A DNA stretch of 64,000 nt from contig CANMWZ010000003.1 of the NCBI GenBank assembly GCA_947501605.1, forward strand, positions 1 through 64,000, written 5' to 3'. Both the position numbers and the translations under genes were made by a program. Shown here piece by piece: positions 1 to 12,242 of this stretch. Each line of letters starts with the position of its first letter. Within the stretch, counting starts at the first letter, position 1. Origin of the DNA: Planctomycetota bacterium. GTDB lineage: Bacteria > Planctomycetota > UBA1135 > UBA2386. Under the pieces are notes generated by a model. It was not told the origin of the DNA. It did not search any database and was given only the letters and a program-made list of their open reading frames with translations.

Positions 1-23
1 GCGCCGCGCGCCGGGGGCAAGCC

Positions 24-470
24 ATGAACCCGGGCCTCGCCTTCAGCCTCGCCTCCATGGTCTCGTGTGCACTCGGCGTGGCGCTGATGCAAGACCCCGC
101 GCACGCATGGGCCGCATCGCGAGCCGCCGCGAGCGTCGCCGAGAAGACCGCATCGATCGCGCTGCCGCCGGACCTCGCGACACGCTTGGACGAACTCGCC
201 ATCGCTGTGGTGGCACTTGGCGCCAACCCACACGGCGGGATCCTCGGCGACCAGGACCTTGACCCGACCCAGCGCGCGGTCATCCAGCGCATGGTGCAGG
301 AACTCCAACCACTCGGCGGCTTCGATGCGGTTCCAAGCGGGGCGCTGCAGTTCTCGTGGGAGACTGCGTTGGCACGCGGCGTGGCGCACGCGTTTCAGTT
401 CGGATGTGGAACGGTTCGCGTGCGCGTCGTGGTCGCCGCCGATCGCAGCGCCCGAGCCGAGCGGTACTGA
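24..470 (+). CDS. Hypothetical protein with N-terminal hydrophobic/signal segment
   Basis: 148-aa ORF, hydrophobic N-terminus (LAFSLASMVSCALGVALM), no recognised motif. Confidence 0.45.
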   Translation: MNPGLAFSLASMVSCALGVALMQDPAHAWAASRAAASVAEKTASIALPPDLATRLDELAIAVVALGANPHGGILGDQDLDPTQRAVIQRMVQELQPLGGFDAVPSGALQFSWETALARGVAHAFQFGCGTVRVRVVVAADRSARAERY

Positions 471-534
471 GTCCATCGACCAGTTGCCGTTGCGCCGTGG
501 GCCTCGCCTGGCAGCCCGTGCGCATGGCTCGCGC

Positions 535-924
535 TCAGAGGTTCGCGCGGATCTTCTCGACCAACAACCCGGCCCGGCGCTGGTTGTCCTTGGTATCGAA
601 GGTGCCGATCCGCACGCAGATCTTGGTCACTTCGCCGGGATGGCGCTCGAGCACCACGGTGGCCTCGCCGCCCTTCAGCGTGCATTCGGTAACGCTGGGC
701 TGTTGCGTTTCGTCGACGGGAAAGTTCAGGTCGCGCATCGCCTTCTTGGCCGCAGCGGTCGCCGTTGCGAGATCGTCCTTCACGGTCATCGATGCCTCGT
801 TCTCGTTGTAGCTCACGGCACCATAGGCGGCGGCGGCGACCGCGCCGGCAGCGACTACGATGCACGAGGTCAGGAGTGTGCAGAGGAGGCAAGCAAGCAA
901 GACCGAAGTGCGCATGCGACTCAT
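535..924 (-). CDS. DUF3568-like lipoprotein
   Basis: Lipobox-like LTSC followed by IVVAAGAVAAAAYGAVSY, and a C-terminal TKICVRIGTF motif typical of DUF3568. Confidence 0.7.
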   Translation of the reverse strand: MSRMRTSVLLACLLCTLLTSCIVVAAGAVAAAAYGAVSYNENEASMTVKDDLATATAAAKKAMRDLNFPVDETQQPSVTECTLKGGEATVVLERHPGEVTKICVRIGTFDTKDNQRRAGLLVEKIRANL

Positions 925-1287
925 GGAACCATGGGCTGGCGGCCCGTTCCACTAGAAGTGGTTGCCCAACAACCTGGCGAGCGAGGCCGAGCAACGAAGG
1001 CCGAGGGCAAGCAGCGAGTTCGCAGCAGGATTCGTAGCTTCCGCCGAGAACTCGCGACACCACCATCGGCCGACCTGCCAGCCGCGGAATGACCGCGACG
1101 CGGCCGCCCATCGATGTTCCGGCGAGCCCGAGCCGCTCCGGTGCTACCCCCGTAGCGGGCACGGCCTGCGGCATCGCCTATTGCAGCATCGGCATTGGCT
1201 CCGGTGCGCGGCGAGGCGCTGGCACGCCGTCGCGGGGTTCTGCATACGCAGAATCGAAGCGGGCGACTCGGATCGCGGCGGCCGGGT

Positions 1288-1701
1288 TCACACAACCGCG
1301 CGACGAGGCCGTAGCAGGTAGGTGAAGGTGCCCTTGCAGCAGCGTACGGAGCCCTGGAACACCTCGCTTTCGACGACCGCGACATTCTTGCCCAAGCGCA
1401 GCAGCGTGGCGATCGCCCGCAGCGGATCACCCTCGGGCTTCGCACCGGCGAGGAAGTGCAACTGGAAGTCGATGCTCGTCATCCAGTCCGTCGGCGCACA
1501 CCGGGGCCACAGCAAGAACACCGCCGCCGAATCGGCGAGCATCGCCAGCATCCCGCCATGCACGACGCCCTCGGCCTGGGTGAACTCGGCTCGCGGCGGC
1601 AACTCCAACTCCGCGCGCTCGTCGGTGCGCGCGACCAGTCGCATGCCGGTCCACTTGGTGATCGGCGAGTCGTAGAGGCGCTGCAGCGGATCGCCGGTCA
1701 T
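1288..1701 (-). CDS. PaaI-family (hotdog fold) thioesterase
   Basis: GVVHGGMLAMLADSAA motif, about 137 aa; start could be the TTG at 1716. Confidence 0.85.
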   Translation of the reverse strand: MTGDPLQRLYDSPITKWTGMRLVARTDERAELELPPRAEFTQAEGVVHGGMLAMLADSAAVFLLWPRCAPTDWMTSIDFQLHFLAGAKPEGDPLRAIATLLRLGKNVAVVESEVFQGSVRCCKGTFTYLLRPRRAVV

Positions 1702-1712
1702 GGCGAATGCGT

Positions 1713-4562
1713 TCAACTCTCGTAGGCCGACATCGGCGGGCAGGTGCAGACGAGGTTGCGGTCGCCATGCACGTCATTGATGCGCGCAACCGAGGGCCAG
1801 TACTTGTGCACCTTGGTCCAGGGGGCGGGGAAGGCGGCGCGCTCGCGGGTGTAGCCGTGGTTCCATTCGGTTGCAGTGACCGCCGCCGCGGTGTGGGGCG
1901 CATTCTTGAGCAGGTTGTCCTGCTTGTCGGCTTTGCCCTGTTCGATCTCGCGGATCTCGTCGCGGATCGCGATCAAGGCGTCGCAGAAGCGATCGAGTTC
2001 GGCCTTCCCCTCGCTCTCGGTGGGCTCGATCATCATCGTGCCGGCAACCGGGAAGCTGATCGTCGGGGCATGAAAGCCGTAGTCCATGAGTCGTTTGGCA
2101 ATGTCGCTGACTTCGACGCCGCTGGTCGCCTTCAACTGCCGCACGTCGAGGATGCACTCGTGAGCAACCATGCCGTTCTGACCGGCGTAGAGAACGGGGA
2201 AGTGGTTCTTGAGCCGCTTGGCGACGTAGTTGGCGTTGAGGATCGCCATCTGCGTGGCGCGCTTGAGGCCATCGGGGCCCATCATCGCGATGTAGGCGTA
2301 GCTGATCGTGAGGATCGAGGCCGAGCCCCAAGGTGCCGCGCTGATCGGCCCAATCGCTTGGCTACCCCCAGTCTTCACCAGCGGGTGACCGGGAAGGAAG
2401 GGGGCAAGGTGCTTGGCCACACCGATCGGGCCCATGCCCGGGCCGCCGCCACCGTGCGGGATACAGAAGGTCTTGTGCAGATTCAGGTGGCACACGTCGG
2501 CCCCGAGGTCGCCTGGCCGCAGGAGCCCGACCTGAGCGTTCATGTTGGCACCGTCCATGTACACCTGGCCGCCATGCTCGTGGATGATCGCGCAAATCTG
2601 CTTGATCGACTCCTCGAACACACCGTGCGTCGATGGGTAGGTCACCATCAGAGCACTGAGATGGTCCTTGTGCTCCGCCGCCTTCTTCTTGAGGTCCAGA
2701 AGGTCAATGTTGCCGCTGTCGTCACAGGCAACGACAACGACCTTCATGCCGCACATGGCAGCGCTCGCGGGATTCGTGCCGTGGGCACTCTGCGGAATGA
2801 GGCAGACGTGGCGCTGCTCTTGGCCACGACTGCGATGGAAGGCGCGGATCACCAGAAGACCGGCGTATTCACCCTGCGAGCCGGCATTCGGTTGCAGGGA
2901 GCAGGCATAGAAACCGGTGACGTCGCTGAGCCAGGCCTCGAGGTTCTTGTGCATGGCAGCGTAGCCCTGCGCCTGATCGAGCGGCACGAACGGATGGAGG
3001 CCGCCGAAACCAAGCATCGACACCGGATACATCTCGGTCGTCGCGTTCAGCTTCATCGTGCATGAGCCGAGCGGGATCATCGATGTCGTAAGTGACAGGT
3101 CCTTGGCCTGCAGGCGGTGGATGTAGCGCAGCAGTTCGTGTTCGGAGCGGTAGCTGTGGAACGTCGGGTGGGCGCAGAACGGCGTCGTGCGCGCGAGCCT
3201 GCCCAGCGCCGGCGCCGTCGCCTTGCGGTCGAGTTGCTCTTGCTTGCCGCCGAAGGCGACGACGAGGTCCTGCAGGTCGCGCAGTTCGACGGTCTCGTCG
3301 AGCGCGACGCCGACACTGTCGTCGTGGAAGTGACGCAGGTTGATGCCCAGGGCGAGAGCGTGTTCGACGATCTTCGTGCCGCCCTGCTTGGCGCTCACGC
3401 GCAGGGTGTCGAACGTGATCCCGTGGTGGACGCGGTGACCGAGGGAGGTCAGCGTCGCCGCCAACGAGGCGGCATAGCTCCTTACGCGCTGCGCGATCGC
3501 GGTGAGTCCTTCAGGACCGTGGTAGACGGCATACATGCTGGCCATCACGGCCAGCAGCACCTGCGCGGTGCAGATGTTCGACGTGGCCTTCTCGCGCCGG
3601 ATGTGTTGTTCGCGCGTGCCGAGCGAAAGGCGCATGGCAGGCTTGCCGGTCGCGTCAATGGAGACGCCAACGATGCGTCCCGGCAACTGGCGCGTGAACT
3701 CCTTCTTGGCAGCGAGGAACGCAGCGTGCGGACCGCCATAGCCGAGCGGCACACCAAAGCGCTGCGAGTTGCCGCAGACGACATCGGCGCCGAGTTCGCC
3801 CGGCGGCTTCAGCAACGTGAGCGCCAACAAGTCCGTGCAAACTCCGGTGAACGCGCCCGCGGCCTTGCCCTTCTGCATCACTGGCTCGATGTCATCGACG
3901 CGGCCATCCGACGTTGGGTAGGCCACGAGCACACCGAAGACGTTGCTGCCAAAGGTGGCGGTGCGCCCATCGCCGACCACGACGTCGATCCCGAGCGGCT
4001 CGGCTCGCTGCTGGCAGACGGCGATGACCTGGGGGTGGCACCCTTCGTCGATGAAGTAGACCGAGCGCTTGTCGTCGTCGTGCAGACGGCGGCACATCGT
4101 CATCGCCTCAGCGGCGGCGGTGGCCTCATCGAGCAACGAACTGCCCGCAACCTGCATCCCGGTGAGATCGAGCACCAGGGTTTGGAAGTTCAGCAGTGCT
4201 TCCATCCGGCCCTGCGAGATCTCGGCCTGGTACGGCGTGTAGGCCGTGTACCAGCCCGGGCTCTCCAGGATGTTGCGCTGGATCACAGCCGGCGTCAGCG
4301 TGCCGTAGTAACCCGTGCCGAGATAGCTGCGCAGAACCTTGTTCTGGTCGGCGAAGGCGCGCAGTTCGGCAAGTGCATCGCGTTCGGACTTGGCCGCGGG
4401 TGTCTTCAGTTCACCGCGCCAGCGAATGCTGGACGGGATCGCCTTCTCGGTGAGTTCGTCGATGGACGAGCAACCAAGCAGCTGCAGCATGGCCTGCGTT
4501 TCGGCAGGACGGGGGCCGATGTGGCGAGTCTCGAACGCGTCGTGGCGGAGAGCGTTGGTCAC
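1713..4562 (-). CDS. gcvP: Glycine dehydrogenase (decarboxylating), glycine cleavage P protein
   Basis: [36 protein letters not shown] and the PLP lysine in [18 protein letters not shown]; start trimmed to GTG 4562 (949 aa). Confidence 0.97.
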   Translation of the reverse strand: MTNALRHDAFETRHIGPRPAETQAMLQLLGCSSIDELTEKAIPSSIRWRGELKTPAAKSERDALAELRAFADQNKVLRSYLGTGYYGTLTPAVIQRNILESPGWYTAYTPYQAEISQGRMEALLNFQTLVLDLTGMQVAGSSLLDEATAAAEAMTMCRRLHDDDKRSVYFIDEGCHPQVIAVCQQRAEPLGIDVVVGDGRTATFGSNVFGVLVAYPTSDGRVDDIEPVMQKGKAAGAFTGVCTDLLALTLLKPPGELGADVVCGNSQRFGVPLGYGGPHAAFLAAKKEFTRQLPGRIVGVSIDATGKPAMRLSLGTREQHIRREKATSNICTAQVLLAVMASMYAVYHGPEGLTAIAQRVRSYAASLAATLTSLGHRVHHGITFDTLRVSAKQGGTKIVEHALALGINLRHFHDDSVGVALDETVELRDLQDLVVAFGGKQEQLDRKATAPALGRLARTTPFCAHPTFHSYRSEHELLRYIHRLQAKDLSLTTSMIPLGSCTMKLNATTEMYPVSMLGFGGLHPFVPLDQAQGYAAMHKNLEAWLSDVTGFYACSLQPNAGSQGEYAGLLVIRAFHRSRGQEQRHVCLIPQSAHGTNPASAAMCGMKVVVVACDDSGNIDLLDLKKKAAEHKDHLSALMVTYPSTHGVFEESIKQICAIIHEHGGQVYMDGANMNAQVGLLRPGDLGADVCHLNLHKTFCIPHGGGGPGMGPIGVAKHLAPFLPGHPLVKTGGSQAIGPISAAPWGSASILTISYAYIAMMGPDGLKRATQMAILNANYVAKRLKNHFPVLYAGQNGMVAHECILDVRQLKATSGVEVSDIAKRLMDYGFHAPTISFPVAGTMMIEPTESEGKAELDRFCDALIAIRDEIREIEQGKADKQDNLLKNAPHTAAAVTATEWNHGYTRERAAFPAPWTKVHKYWPSVARINDVHGDRNLVCTCPPMSAYES

Positions 4563-4737
4563 GAGATGAGTGCGGTGGGAAAGGGGGTTCCGGCGGGGAA
4601 CAAGGGCGAGCAGTCTAGGCTTCTCCGATGGCAAGACCAAGGTTCCAGCTTCGGCGCGAGTCCGAGCCGGCGCGTGGGTTGCGGTCGCCCGCGACCCTTG
4701 CCTACCCGAGCCGACACTAAGAGGTCGAGGGGCACGG

Positions 4738-7700
4738 TCAGTGCGGCTTCGCGATCGAGACGCGCGACTGGTCCAGACCGCTCTCCACGCGCGACTCCGT
4801 GTCGTCCGGCCAGGTGACGACCACGGCGACAATCGCCGACCGCCGGCGTGAGAACCCGATTTGCGCACTGCTCTGCGACAGGTAACCGGAACCTGCCAGG
4901 ATCACGCGGAGCTCCCGTGTGCCGTTGGCCCGGTGGACCGTCACCCGAGCCCCCACACCGGTTGGGTTGCCCTTGCCACCGTGGAGCTGGACTGACAGCC
5001 ACGAATCGTTGCCGCGCAGCCCGAACGTGCGCAGCGGCCCGTTGTTGGTAGCGAGCACGGCTTCCGGCCTGCCGTCGCCATCGAGGTCACTGAGCGCCAG
5101 GCCCTTCTGGTCACCGGCGGCGACGAAGCCTGAAGCGCTGGGCGCTACGACGCGGAAGCCAGCAGGGTCGCCCGCAAGCTGCAGCCCGGTGCCGCCATCG
5201 AAGTGGCCGGTCTCCGGCTCTGGGGAAAACGAGTTGGTCGCGAACAGCACGTCGGTGCGCGCATCGCCGTCGAAGTCGCCGGCGACCGAGCCGAACAACG
5301 GCGCGATCTGCGCGCGATGCGGCAGTGGCAAAAGGACCAGGCGGCCATCGCCGTCATTCTGGAGCCACGAAGAGTCGAGTTGCATGCACGACAGCCTGCC
5401 GGCGTTCGCGAGCTTCCCCTGCGGGTAGATGTCACCAAGAACGGATCCCGCGAACTGGGCGTAGGTGGGGAACTTCTGGGCAACGAACGGCATCGCCTGA
5501 CTGCTGCACGACCGTCCACGCACCGGCAGCAAGCGGTCCCCTTCATACTTGGTCTCCACGACATCGCGCGTGCCGTTGTCGTCGAAGTCCGACCACACGA
5601 GACCGAGTGGACGGTCGACGCTGGCCTTGTACTTCGTGTTGTGTCCGAGGTTGCCGGCCACGACATCGAGGTCCAAGTCCCCATCGGCGTCGAGCACTTG
5701 CAACGAGTTCCACTGACCAGCGGAAGCACTGAGCAGCGCCGCCTCCGTCGCATCCTCGAAGCCCTTGCCGTCGCGATTGCGCAACAGCCGCAGCGGTTGC
5801 CACTGCGCGGCGATCAAGAGATCTGGCCACCGATCCCCATCCATGGGTGCGAGGGCGACGCTGGTCACCATGCCGGCGGTTTGCAATGCCGGGGCAAAGT
5901 CGGCAGTGGCGTCGACAAAGCGACCACCGTCGTTGCGGTAGAACCGCGACGATGGCGCGTCGGGGAAGGCGCCTGGTACGAGCCTGCCACCGACGACCAG
6001 ATCGAGATCGCCATCGCCGTCGACGTCGGCGGCGCAGGCGGAGCTGCTGCTGTCGCGCACATCGGGCAAGGCGCTCTCATCGCGCACGAAGGTGAAGGCA
6101 CCATCGTTGCGATAGAGGCGGTCGCGCAACCACGGCGACCCGGCGGGCGCCTCAACTCCGCCGCTACAGACCAGAAGGTCCTGGTCGCCGTCGGCGTCGT
6201 AGTCCAACCAGAGGATCCCGAGGTCTTCGCATTCCGCATCCTGGCGCCAAGGGCCCGCGACCTCGACGAAGTGCCCAGCATCATTGCGCAGCATCGCCCC
6301 GGCCTGACCGGCGGCGCCACCGACGAACAGGTCGTCGTCACCGTCGCCATCGGCATCGCCGAACGCGAGACCGGGCCCCAGCTTCGACAGTTGCTGCGGC
6401 AGCAAGAACTGGGCTTCGAAGTCGTCGAACGGCCGTTCCTGGTGGCGGCGCTGCGGGCCGTCGCTGCGTTCTTCGAACATCGGTTCGGGGGCGGTATCGA
6501 TGGCGATCGTGGCTGCCGCGGAGAGGCGCGGTTCGCGGATCGTGTATTCGTGACCGGTAGCAAGATCCGCGAAGACCTGAACGGAACCAGAGGGCCAGCG
6601 CACGATCGCTTGGCGGATGCGCAAAGCCGAGCCAACACCGAAGCACACGCGCGCTTCTTGTCCGGACAGGTAGCCGCGGGCGAGCCAGTTCTCGCGCATC
6701 TGCGCACCACCTTCGGTGACGATATCGATGCGGGCGCCGATGCCCTGCGTGTTGGCCTCGCCGCCGACCAGCACGAACGCGATTGCGTTGCCGTCGGTGG
6801 TGGTGTTCTCGTAGAGCCCGGCTTCTTGGTTGAAGTCGTTGGTCACTACGTCGAGGTCGCCGTCGCGATCGAGGTCGCACAACACCGCACCGTGGCTGAC
6901 CGAAGCAACGTCGAGACCCCAGGCCGCACCGGTCCGCTCGAACTTCAGGTCGCCAGCGTTGCGCAGCGCGAGGTTCTTCTCCGCCACGCCTTGTACGCTG
7001 CGAATCAGGTCAAGGGCTTCTCGCTGCTTGCCGGCTTGCCACAGTGCCTGTTTCTGCAGCTCGAGGTCGGGGTCCATGTCGAACCGTGCGATGCCATTCG
7101 TGCAGAAGAGATCGAGCCGGCCATCATTGTCGAGATCGCCAAAGAGCGTGCTCCAGGTCCAATCGGTACTGGCGACCCCAGCAAGGAAGGCGGCCTCCTG
7201 GAAGCGCTTCGTTCCGGTGTTGAGTAGGAGCGCATTGCGCATGTACTGCTGCGGCTCGCCGTGAATCAGGAAGTCCCGTTGCGCGTTCATGTCGCCCATC
7301 AGGATCTTGGCCATGCGGTGCGTCGTGGCACTCATGTCGGCGACGAAGAAGTCGGGGCGCAGATCGCCGTCGACATCGCCGCTATCGGTCCCCATGCCGT
7401 AGTACGCCGTGTGCGGCAGCAACTCGCGAGTCACGTCGCGGAACCCGCCGTTGCCTTCGTTGTGCCACAGTATGTCAGGGCTCTCGAGGTCGTTCGCGAC
7501 GTAGAGATCCGGCCGGCCGTCGCGATCGTAGTCACACCATGTGGCCGACAACCCCATTCCATGATCGGCCATGCCTGCTGCGGCGGTCGCATCGACGAAG
7601 CGACCGCCGTCGTTCCGCAGCAAGCGATCCGGCTGGCCAGCCATGTAGACGCGGCCGTGGAACGCAAAGAAGTGCTCGCGCAACGACTCTGGCATCTTGA

Positions 7701-8475
7701 GGTCGATCGCCGTTTCCCCACGCTGCAACCGCTGGAACTGTGGGTCCGCCGTCGCGCGCAACGCCGGCACCATCTCGTCGGGCCGCCGCCGCGTGGACTT
7801 CGGTGGCGCGATGCCCTGCAGCACTTCGGGCACCAAACTCCAGCCGGCGTGCAGCGCGCGGTTGGTCGCCACGTAGACGTCAAGGTCACCGTCTTGATCG
7901 AAATCGCAAAACGCCGCCATCGTGCTGGCAGCGGCAACGTCGAGGCCAAAACGCGCGGCGCACTCTTCGAAGGTGCCATCGCCGCGATTGCGATAGAGCA
8001 GGTTCTTCGCCTCCATGTTGCAGACATAGAGATCCAGCCAGCCGTCGCCGTCGACGTCCGCGAACGTGGCGCCGGTGCCCCAGGCCTCGCCACCATCGAC
8101 ACCGCCGGCGCGCGCAGTGACGTCTTCGAATCGCAACGGCGACGACTGGCGAAACAGTCGGTTGGGGCCGTCCTGGCTAACCAGATACAGGTCCGGTAAG
8201 CCGTCGCGGTCGAAGTCGGCCACTGCCATACCGGCGCCGTTCGTCAGATACGTGAAGCAGTTCTCGGGGCGAAGTGAGTTCTGAAAGCGCAAGCCCGACT
8301 CCAGGCTCGCGATCTGGCGGAAACGCGGTCCGCTGCCAGGACGCGGCACCGCGAGCGGGCGACTTTCGATCTCCGGCTGTGCAACCGGGAACAACCACAG
8401 GGACGCGAGTGGCACCGCGCACAGCACCAGCAGCAACAGGAGCAACAGAGGCCGACTGGGTCGCGACGCGAACAT
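4738..8475 (-). CDS. CRTAC1-like secreted protein with FG-GAP/VCBS repeats and two ASPIC/UnbV domains
   Basis: Many DxDxDGxxDL repeats; two GIGARI/GVGARV...GYLSG(S)Q ASPIC-type segments; N-terminal hydrophobic anchor. Confidence 0.88.
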   Translation of the reverse strand: MFASRPSRPLLLLLLLVLCAVPLASLWLFPVAQPEIESRPLAVPRPGSGPRFRQIASLESGLRFQNSLRPENCFTYLTNGAGMAVADFDRDGLPDLYLVSQDGPNRLFRQSSPLRFEDVTARAGGVDGGEAWGTGATFADVDGDGWLDLYVCNMEAKNLLYRNRGDGTFEECAARFGLDVAAASTMAAFCDFDQDGDLDVYVATNRALHAGWSLVPEVLQGIAPPKSTRRRPDEMVPALRATADPQFQRLQRGETAIDLKMPESLREHFFAFHGRVYMAGQPDRLLRNDGGRFVDATAAAGMADHGMGLSATWCDYDRDGRPDLYVANDLESPDILWHNEGNGGFRDVTRELLPHTAYYGMGTDSGDVDGDLRPDFFVADMSATTHRMAKILMGDMNAQRDFLIHGEPQQYMRNALLLNTGTKRFQEAAFLAGVASTDWTWSTLFGDLDNDGRLDLFCTNGIARFDMDPDLELQKQALWQAGKQREALDLIRSVQGVAEKNLALRNAGDLKFERTGAAWGLDVASVSHGAVLCDLDRDGDLDVVTNDFNQEAGLYENTTTDGNAIAFVLVGGEANTQGIGARIDIVTEGGAQMRENWLARGYLSGQEARVCFGVGSALRIRQAIVRWPSGSVQVFADLATGHEYTIREPRLSAAATIAIDTAPEPMFEERSDGPQRRHQERPFDDFEAQFLLPQQLSKLGPGLAFGDADGDGDDDLFVGGAAGQAGAMLRNDAGHFVEVAGPWRQDAECEDLGILWLDYDADGDQDLLVCSGGVEAPAGSPWLRDRLYRNDGAFTFVRDESALPDVRDSSSSACAADVDGDGDLDLVVGGRLVPGAFPDAPSSRFYRNDGGRFVDATADFAPALQTAGMVTSVALAPMDGDRWPDLLIAAQWQPLRLLRNRDGKGFEDATEAALLSASAGQWNSLQVLDADGDLDLDVVAGNLGHNTKYKASVDRPLGLVWSDFDDNGTRDVVETKYEGDRLLPVRGRSCSSQAMPFVAQKFPTYAQFAGSVLGDIYPQGKLANAGRLSCMQLDSSWLQNDGDGRLVLLPLPHRAQIAPLFGSVAGDFDGDARTDVLFATNSFSPEPETGHFDGGTGLQLAGDPAGFRVVAPSASGFVAAGDQKGLALSDLDGDGRPEAVLATNNGPLRTFGLRGNDSWLSVQLHGGKGNPTGVGARVTVHRANGTRELRVILAGSGYLSQSSAQIGFSRRRSAIVAVVVTWPDDTESRVESGLDQSRVSIAKPH

Positions 8476-8577
8476 TCACGGCATGCTAGCGCGGCACCTG
8501 CCCGCAACCTCTCCTCGCGTGCACACCTTCCTCGACATCAGTCTTTATCTCGGACGCAGTGTCGGCAGGATGCGGCG

Positions 8578-10773
8578 ATGAACGCTCGAGTTGCAGCGCG
8601 ATGGTGGGTGGGGGCTCTGGTGCAGACGCTACTGGTGGCGCAGGGCCCGCCCGATTGGCTCCTCGACACGGCGGCGTACCCGGCACGCGCAACGCGTTCG
8701 GAGGGGGAGCTCACCCTCGACAACGGCATTCTCCGTGTCTGCATTCGCCTCGAGCCCGACGCCGCAATCGTGAGCCTCGAACTCGGTCCCCAGCGCGAGC
8801 AACTGCTGCGGGCACCCGCACCGTTCGCGATCCTCGTCGTCGATGGCAAGGAATGCCGTGTCGGAGGTCTCATTGGTCCATCCAACCGCGCCTTCCTGAT
8901 GTCCGAGTCGATCTCGTCGCTGACGGCCGACCCGACGGCGTTCCATTGCCGTGGTGTGGAGCTGTTACCGCTGCGCGAGCGCTTTCCCTGGCCCGAGGCG
9001 GCGCGCCGCCGAGCCACGAGCGTACCGGTCGCTTGGCCGCCGCGCGGTGCGCACGCGGTGCTTCACTTCGAGCCACCGGCCGGCGGCGAGACGGACCTCA
9101 GGGTCGACGTTCATGTCGAGCTCTACGACGGCCTGCCCCTCTACAGCCAGTGGTTCGAGGTGCACAACGTCGGCGCCTCGCCACACGAACTCGATCGGTT
9201 CACGGCACTTCAGTGGGCGATGGTCGAAGCCGAGTCTCGCGTCGAACCCGAACGCCTCGGGGTGCGCTTGCCCAGCGTCCATGTCGAGACCGACTTCGCC
9301 TTCCACGCGATGACGGGCGCCGATGGCAGCTCGCATTGCGTGCGTTGGCTTCCCGATCCGAGCTACGAGACGCAAGTCAACTACGAACGGAAGACCCGCT
9401 GCCGTCTCGAGGTCGGGCCGGACCTCGGTCCGGCGCAGACCATCGCCAAAGGGGGCTCGTGGGCCTCGTTCCGAACCTTCGTGCTGTGTCACGGCGAGGA
9501 CCACGATCGCGACCGCGAGTCGCTGGCTCTTCGACGCATGTATCGCCAGTTGGCGCCATGGTGTCTCGAGAACCCACTGATGCTGCACCTGCGCACGGCC
9601 GAGCCGACGGCGGTGCGCACCGCAATCGAGCAGTGTGCCGCGGTCGGCTTCGAGATGGTCATCCTCAGCTTCGGCAGCGGCTTCGACATCGAGGATGACA
9701 GCGAAGAGAACCTTGCGCGCTGGCGCCAACTCGCGGACTACGCGCACAGCAACGGCGTGCAGATCGGCGGCTACTCGCTGTTGAGTAGTCGCAAGATCGA
9801 GCCGGAACTCGACAACTGCGTGAACCTGGAAACCGGCAAGCCTGGCGGTCAGGTGTTCGGCTACGCCCCAGCGCTCGCCAGTGCGTGGGGGCAGCGCTAC
9901 TTCGCGAAGTTGCGGCGGTTCTTCGAGTACACCGGGTTCGACTTGTTGGAGCACGATGGCAGCTATCCCGGCGACGCTGACGCCATGGCGCGCCCGCCAC
10001 TGCAAAAGGGCCATGCCGACTCGCAGTGGGTGCAGCATGCGATCCTCACGGACTTCTATCGCTGGTGCCGCGGCCGGGGCATCTATCTCAACGTGCCCGA
10101 CTGGTACTTCTTCAACGGCAGCAACAAGACCGGCATGGGCTACCGCGAGACCAACTGGTCGTTGCCGCGCGAACAACAGGTTCTGCATGCCCGGCAGAAT
10201 CTGTTCGACGGCACGCGCCACAAGACGCCATCGATGGGCTGGATGTTCGTGCCCCTCACCGAGTACCACGGCGGCGGCGACGCGGCGACCATCGAACCGC
10301 TGGCGCAGCACCACGAGCACTACGGCCGCATGCTCGCGAGCAATCTCGGCTACGGCGCGCAGGCGTGTTGGCGCGGCCCTCGGCTCTACGACACCGACGC
10401 GACCCGGGCGCTCGTCGCGCTCTGGGTGACGCGCTACCTCGAGCACCGACGAGTACTCGAGGCCGATGTCGTGCATGGTTCTTCGCGGCGGGCCGATGGA
10501 CGCTGGCTCGACTGGGTTGTGCACGCGGACCCCGGCGGGCCAGAGCCTGGACTGCTCGCCGTTTGGAACCCAACCGCAGCCGACCTTGAAGCGGTACTGC
10601 CGCTGCGTCTTGCCACCACGGGTCTGCGCCAACGCGCGATGGTCCACGCGGTGGCTGTGGACCTCCCCGTTGCCGAGTTGGCGATCGATGGCATGGGTGG
10701 CGCGATGCTGCCCGTTCGGGTGGCCGCCGGCGACTGCCGCTGGTACGCGTTGCTGCCAGCCGCCCCGCGATAG
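8578..10773 (+). CDS. Putative secreted alpha-galactosidase-like (clan GH-D/GH36-like) glycoside hydrolase
   Basis: Signal-like N-terminus; motifs VGFEMVILSFGSG, EHDGSYPGD, MGYRETNWSLPR and RGPRLYDT recalled from PVC/Bacteroidota proteins annotated as alpha-galactosidase. Confidence 0.6.
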   Translation: MNARVAARWWVGALVQTLLVAQGPPDWLLDTAAYPARATRSEGELTLDNGILRVCIRLEPDAAIVSLELGPQREQLLRAPAPFAILVVDGKECRVGGLIGPSNRAFLMSESISSLTADPTAFHCRGVELLPLRERFPWPEAARRRATSVPVAWPPRGAHAVLHFEPPAGGETDLRVDVHVELYDGLPLYSQWFEVHNVGASPHELDRFTALQWAMVEAESRVEPERLGVRLPSVHVETDFAFHAMTGADGSSHCVRWLPDPSYETQVNYERKTRCRLEVGPDLGPAQTIAKGGSWASFRTFVLCHGEDHDRDRESLALRRMYRQLAPWCLENPLMLHLRTAEPTAVRTAIEQCAAVGFEMVILSFGSGFDIEDDSEENLARWRQLADYAHSNGVQIGGYSLLSSRKIEPELDNCVNLETGKPGGQVFGYAPALASAWGQRYFAKLRRFFEYTGFDLLEHDGSYPGDADAMARPPLQKGHADSQWVQHAILTDFYRWCRGRGIYLNVPDWYFFNGSNKTGMGYRETNWSLPREQQVLHARQNLFDGTRHKTPSMGWMFVPLTEYHGGGDAATIEPLAQHHEHYGRMLASNLGYGAQACWRGPRLYDTDATRALVALWVTRYLEHRRVLEADVVHGSSRRADGRWLDWVVHADPGGPEPGLLAVWNPTAADLEAVLPLRLATTGLRQRAMVHAVAVDLPVAELAIDGMGGAMLPVRVAAGDCRWYALLPAAPR

Positions 10774-10937
10774 CGAGGTCGCAGATTCCGGGGCACGGAT
10801 TGCCCCGGCCGAGCAACCTTCCTGCGCGCCGCGGGTCACGCACGCCAACGCGGAAAAGTGTTTGGTGTCCGTAAGGGTCCGACGCTATAGTCCGCCGCCA
10901 TCAAAACCTACGCATCACATTCCCCAGGGAGGACGCG

Positions 10938-12086
10938 ATGAAGCCCCAGAACACGAAAGACGCCGGTAAGGCGGAGAGCTCACGGAAATCGGCCAGCAAT
11001 GAGGCGCTCGAAGACGCCATTCTCTCGATCCAGAAGAGCTACGGTGAAGGCTCGATCATGCGGATGGGCGATTCGACGCCACCGCCGATCGACGGGATCT
11101 CGACTGGCAGTTTGGGTCTCGATCTTGCCATCGGTGGCAAGGGTCTGCCGCGCGGCCGTGTGATCGAGGTCTTCGGTCCAGAATCTTCGGGCAAGACGAC
11201 CTTGACCCTCCACGTCGTCGCCAACGCCCAGCGCTCCGGCGGCGTCTGCGCCTTCATCGACGCCGAGCATGCGCTCGATCCACAGTATGCCCGCCGCCTC
11301 GGCGTCGACCTCGATGCGCTATTGATCTCGCAGCCGGACCACGGTGAGCAGGCGCTCGACATCTGTGAAACCTTGGCGCGCTCGGGCGCAATCGACGTCA
11401 TCGTCATCGACTCGGTAGCGGCCCTGGTGCCGAAGGCCGAAATCGAAGGGGAGATGGGCGACACCTTCGTCGGTCTGCAGGCGCGCTTGATGAGCCAGGC
11501 TCTGCGCAAGCTGACCGCGATTACGGCGAAGTCGAGGACCACCCTGATCTACATCAACCAGATCCGTGAGAAGATCGGCGTGATGTTCGGCAGCCCGGAG
11601 ACCACGACCGGCGGCCGTGCCTTGAAGTTCTACTCTTCGGTTCGCATCGACATTCGGCGCATCGGTCAGATCAAGGACGGAGAGGAGCCGATTGGTTCGC
11701 GCACCAAGGCGACAGTGGTCAAGAACAAGGTCGCGCCGCCCTTCCGCAAGTCGGAGTTCGACATCCTGTTCCGCGAGGGCATCAATCGCATCGGCGAACT
11801 GCTCGACATTGGCGTCGATGCCGGTGTGCTGAAGCGTTCGGGCACCTGGGTCAGCTACGGCGAGCACCGCCTCGGCCAAGGTCGCGACAAGGCTCGTGAG
11901 TTCTTGAAGGAGAACCCCGATCTCGCCAAGAAGATCGAGGAAGAGATCATGACGCGATTCATGCCTGTGGCTGGCGAGAGCGCCCGCGCGGTCCCGCGCG
12001 GCGAGTCAACCATCAACAGCTCGCGCTCGGCCCCGAGTGGTGGTGGTCGCGGTCAACCCGCTCCGGCGGGCAGCGACGCGGAGTAA
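10938..12086 (+). CDS. recA: Recombinase RecA
   Basis: GPESSGKTT Walker [36 protein letters not shown] ribosome-binding site upstream. Confidence 0.99.
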   Translation: MKPQNTKDAGKAESSRKSASNEALEDAILSIQKSYGEGSIMRMGDSTPPPIDGISTGSLGLDLAIGGKGLPRGRVIEVFGPESSGKTTLTLHVVANAQRSGGVCAFIDAEHALDPQYARRLGVDLDALLISQPDHGEQALDICETLARSGAIDVIVIDSVAALVPKAEIEGEMGDTFVGLQARLMSQALRKLTAITAKSRTTLIYINQIREKIGVMFGSPETTTGGRALKFYSSVRIDIRRIGQIKDGEEPIGSRTKATVVKNKVAPPFRKSEFDILFREGINRIGELLDIGVDAGVLKRSGTWVSYGEHRLGQGRDKAREFLKENPDLAKKIEEEIMTRFMPVAGESARAVPRGESTINSSRSAPSGGGRGQPAPAGSDAE

Positions 12087-12128
12087 ACCGCGTCAGCGGC
12101 GAAGCCGGGGGGGCAGCGGTTCAGCCCG

Positions 12129-12164
12129 GGGGAGCCAGCTCGGGGAGCCAGTTCGACTGGGGAG
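12129..12164 (+). repeat. Short direct repeat GGGGAGCCAG(C/T)TC x2 plus a partial GGGGAG copy
   Basis: Read directly in the recA-alaS intergenic region. Confidence 0.6.
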
Positions 12165-12242
12165 TTGCCGTCCTCGACGATCCGCGTCGCAGCGATGCCC
12201 GCTTGCCCCGCTGCGGTAGTGCTCTGTACAACCTTTGCCCCG

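Noticed and set aside
925..1287. Small gene between the DUF3568-like and thioesterase genes
   Set aside because: Candidate ORFs are Arg/Ala-rich with no motif or ribosome-binding site.
4563..4737. Glycine riboswitch upstream of gcvP
   Set aside because: No complete aptamer pattern (GGAGA...GAAGG...CTCTCAGG) could be found.
1707..7227. Long plus-strand ORFs (1707-3065, 3117-4817, 5203-7227)
   Set aside because: Antisense shadows of gcvP and the FG-GAP gene, typical of high-GC DNA; no motifs.
10774..10937. LexA/SOS box upstream of recA
   Set aside because: No palindrome or direct repeat matching a LexA motif I know; only a TATAGT -10-like hexamer.
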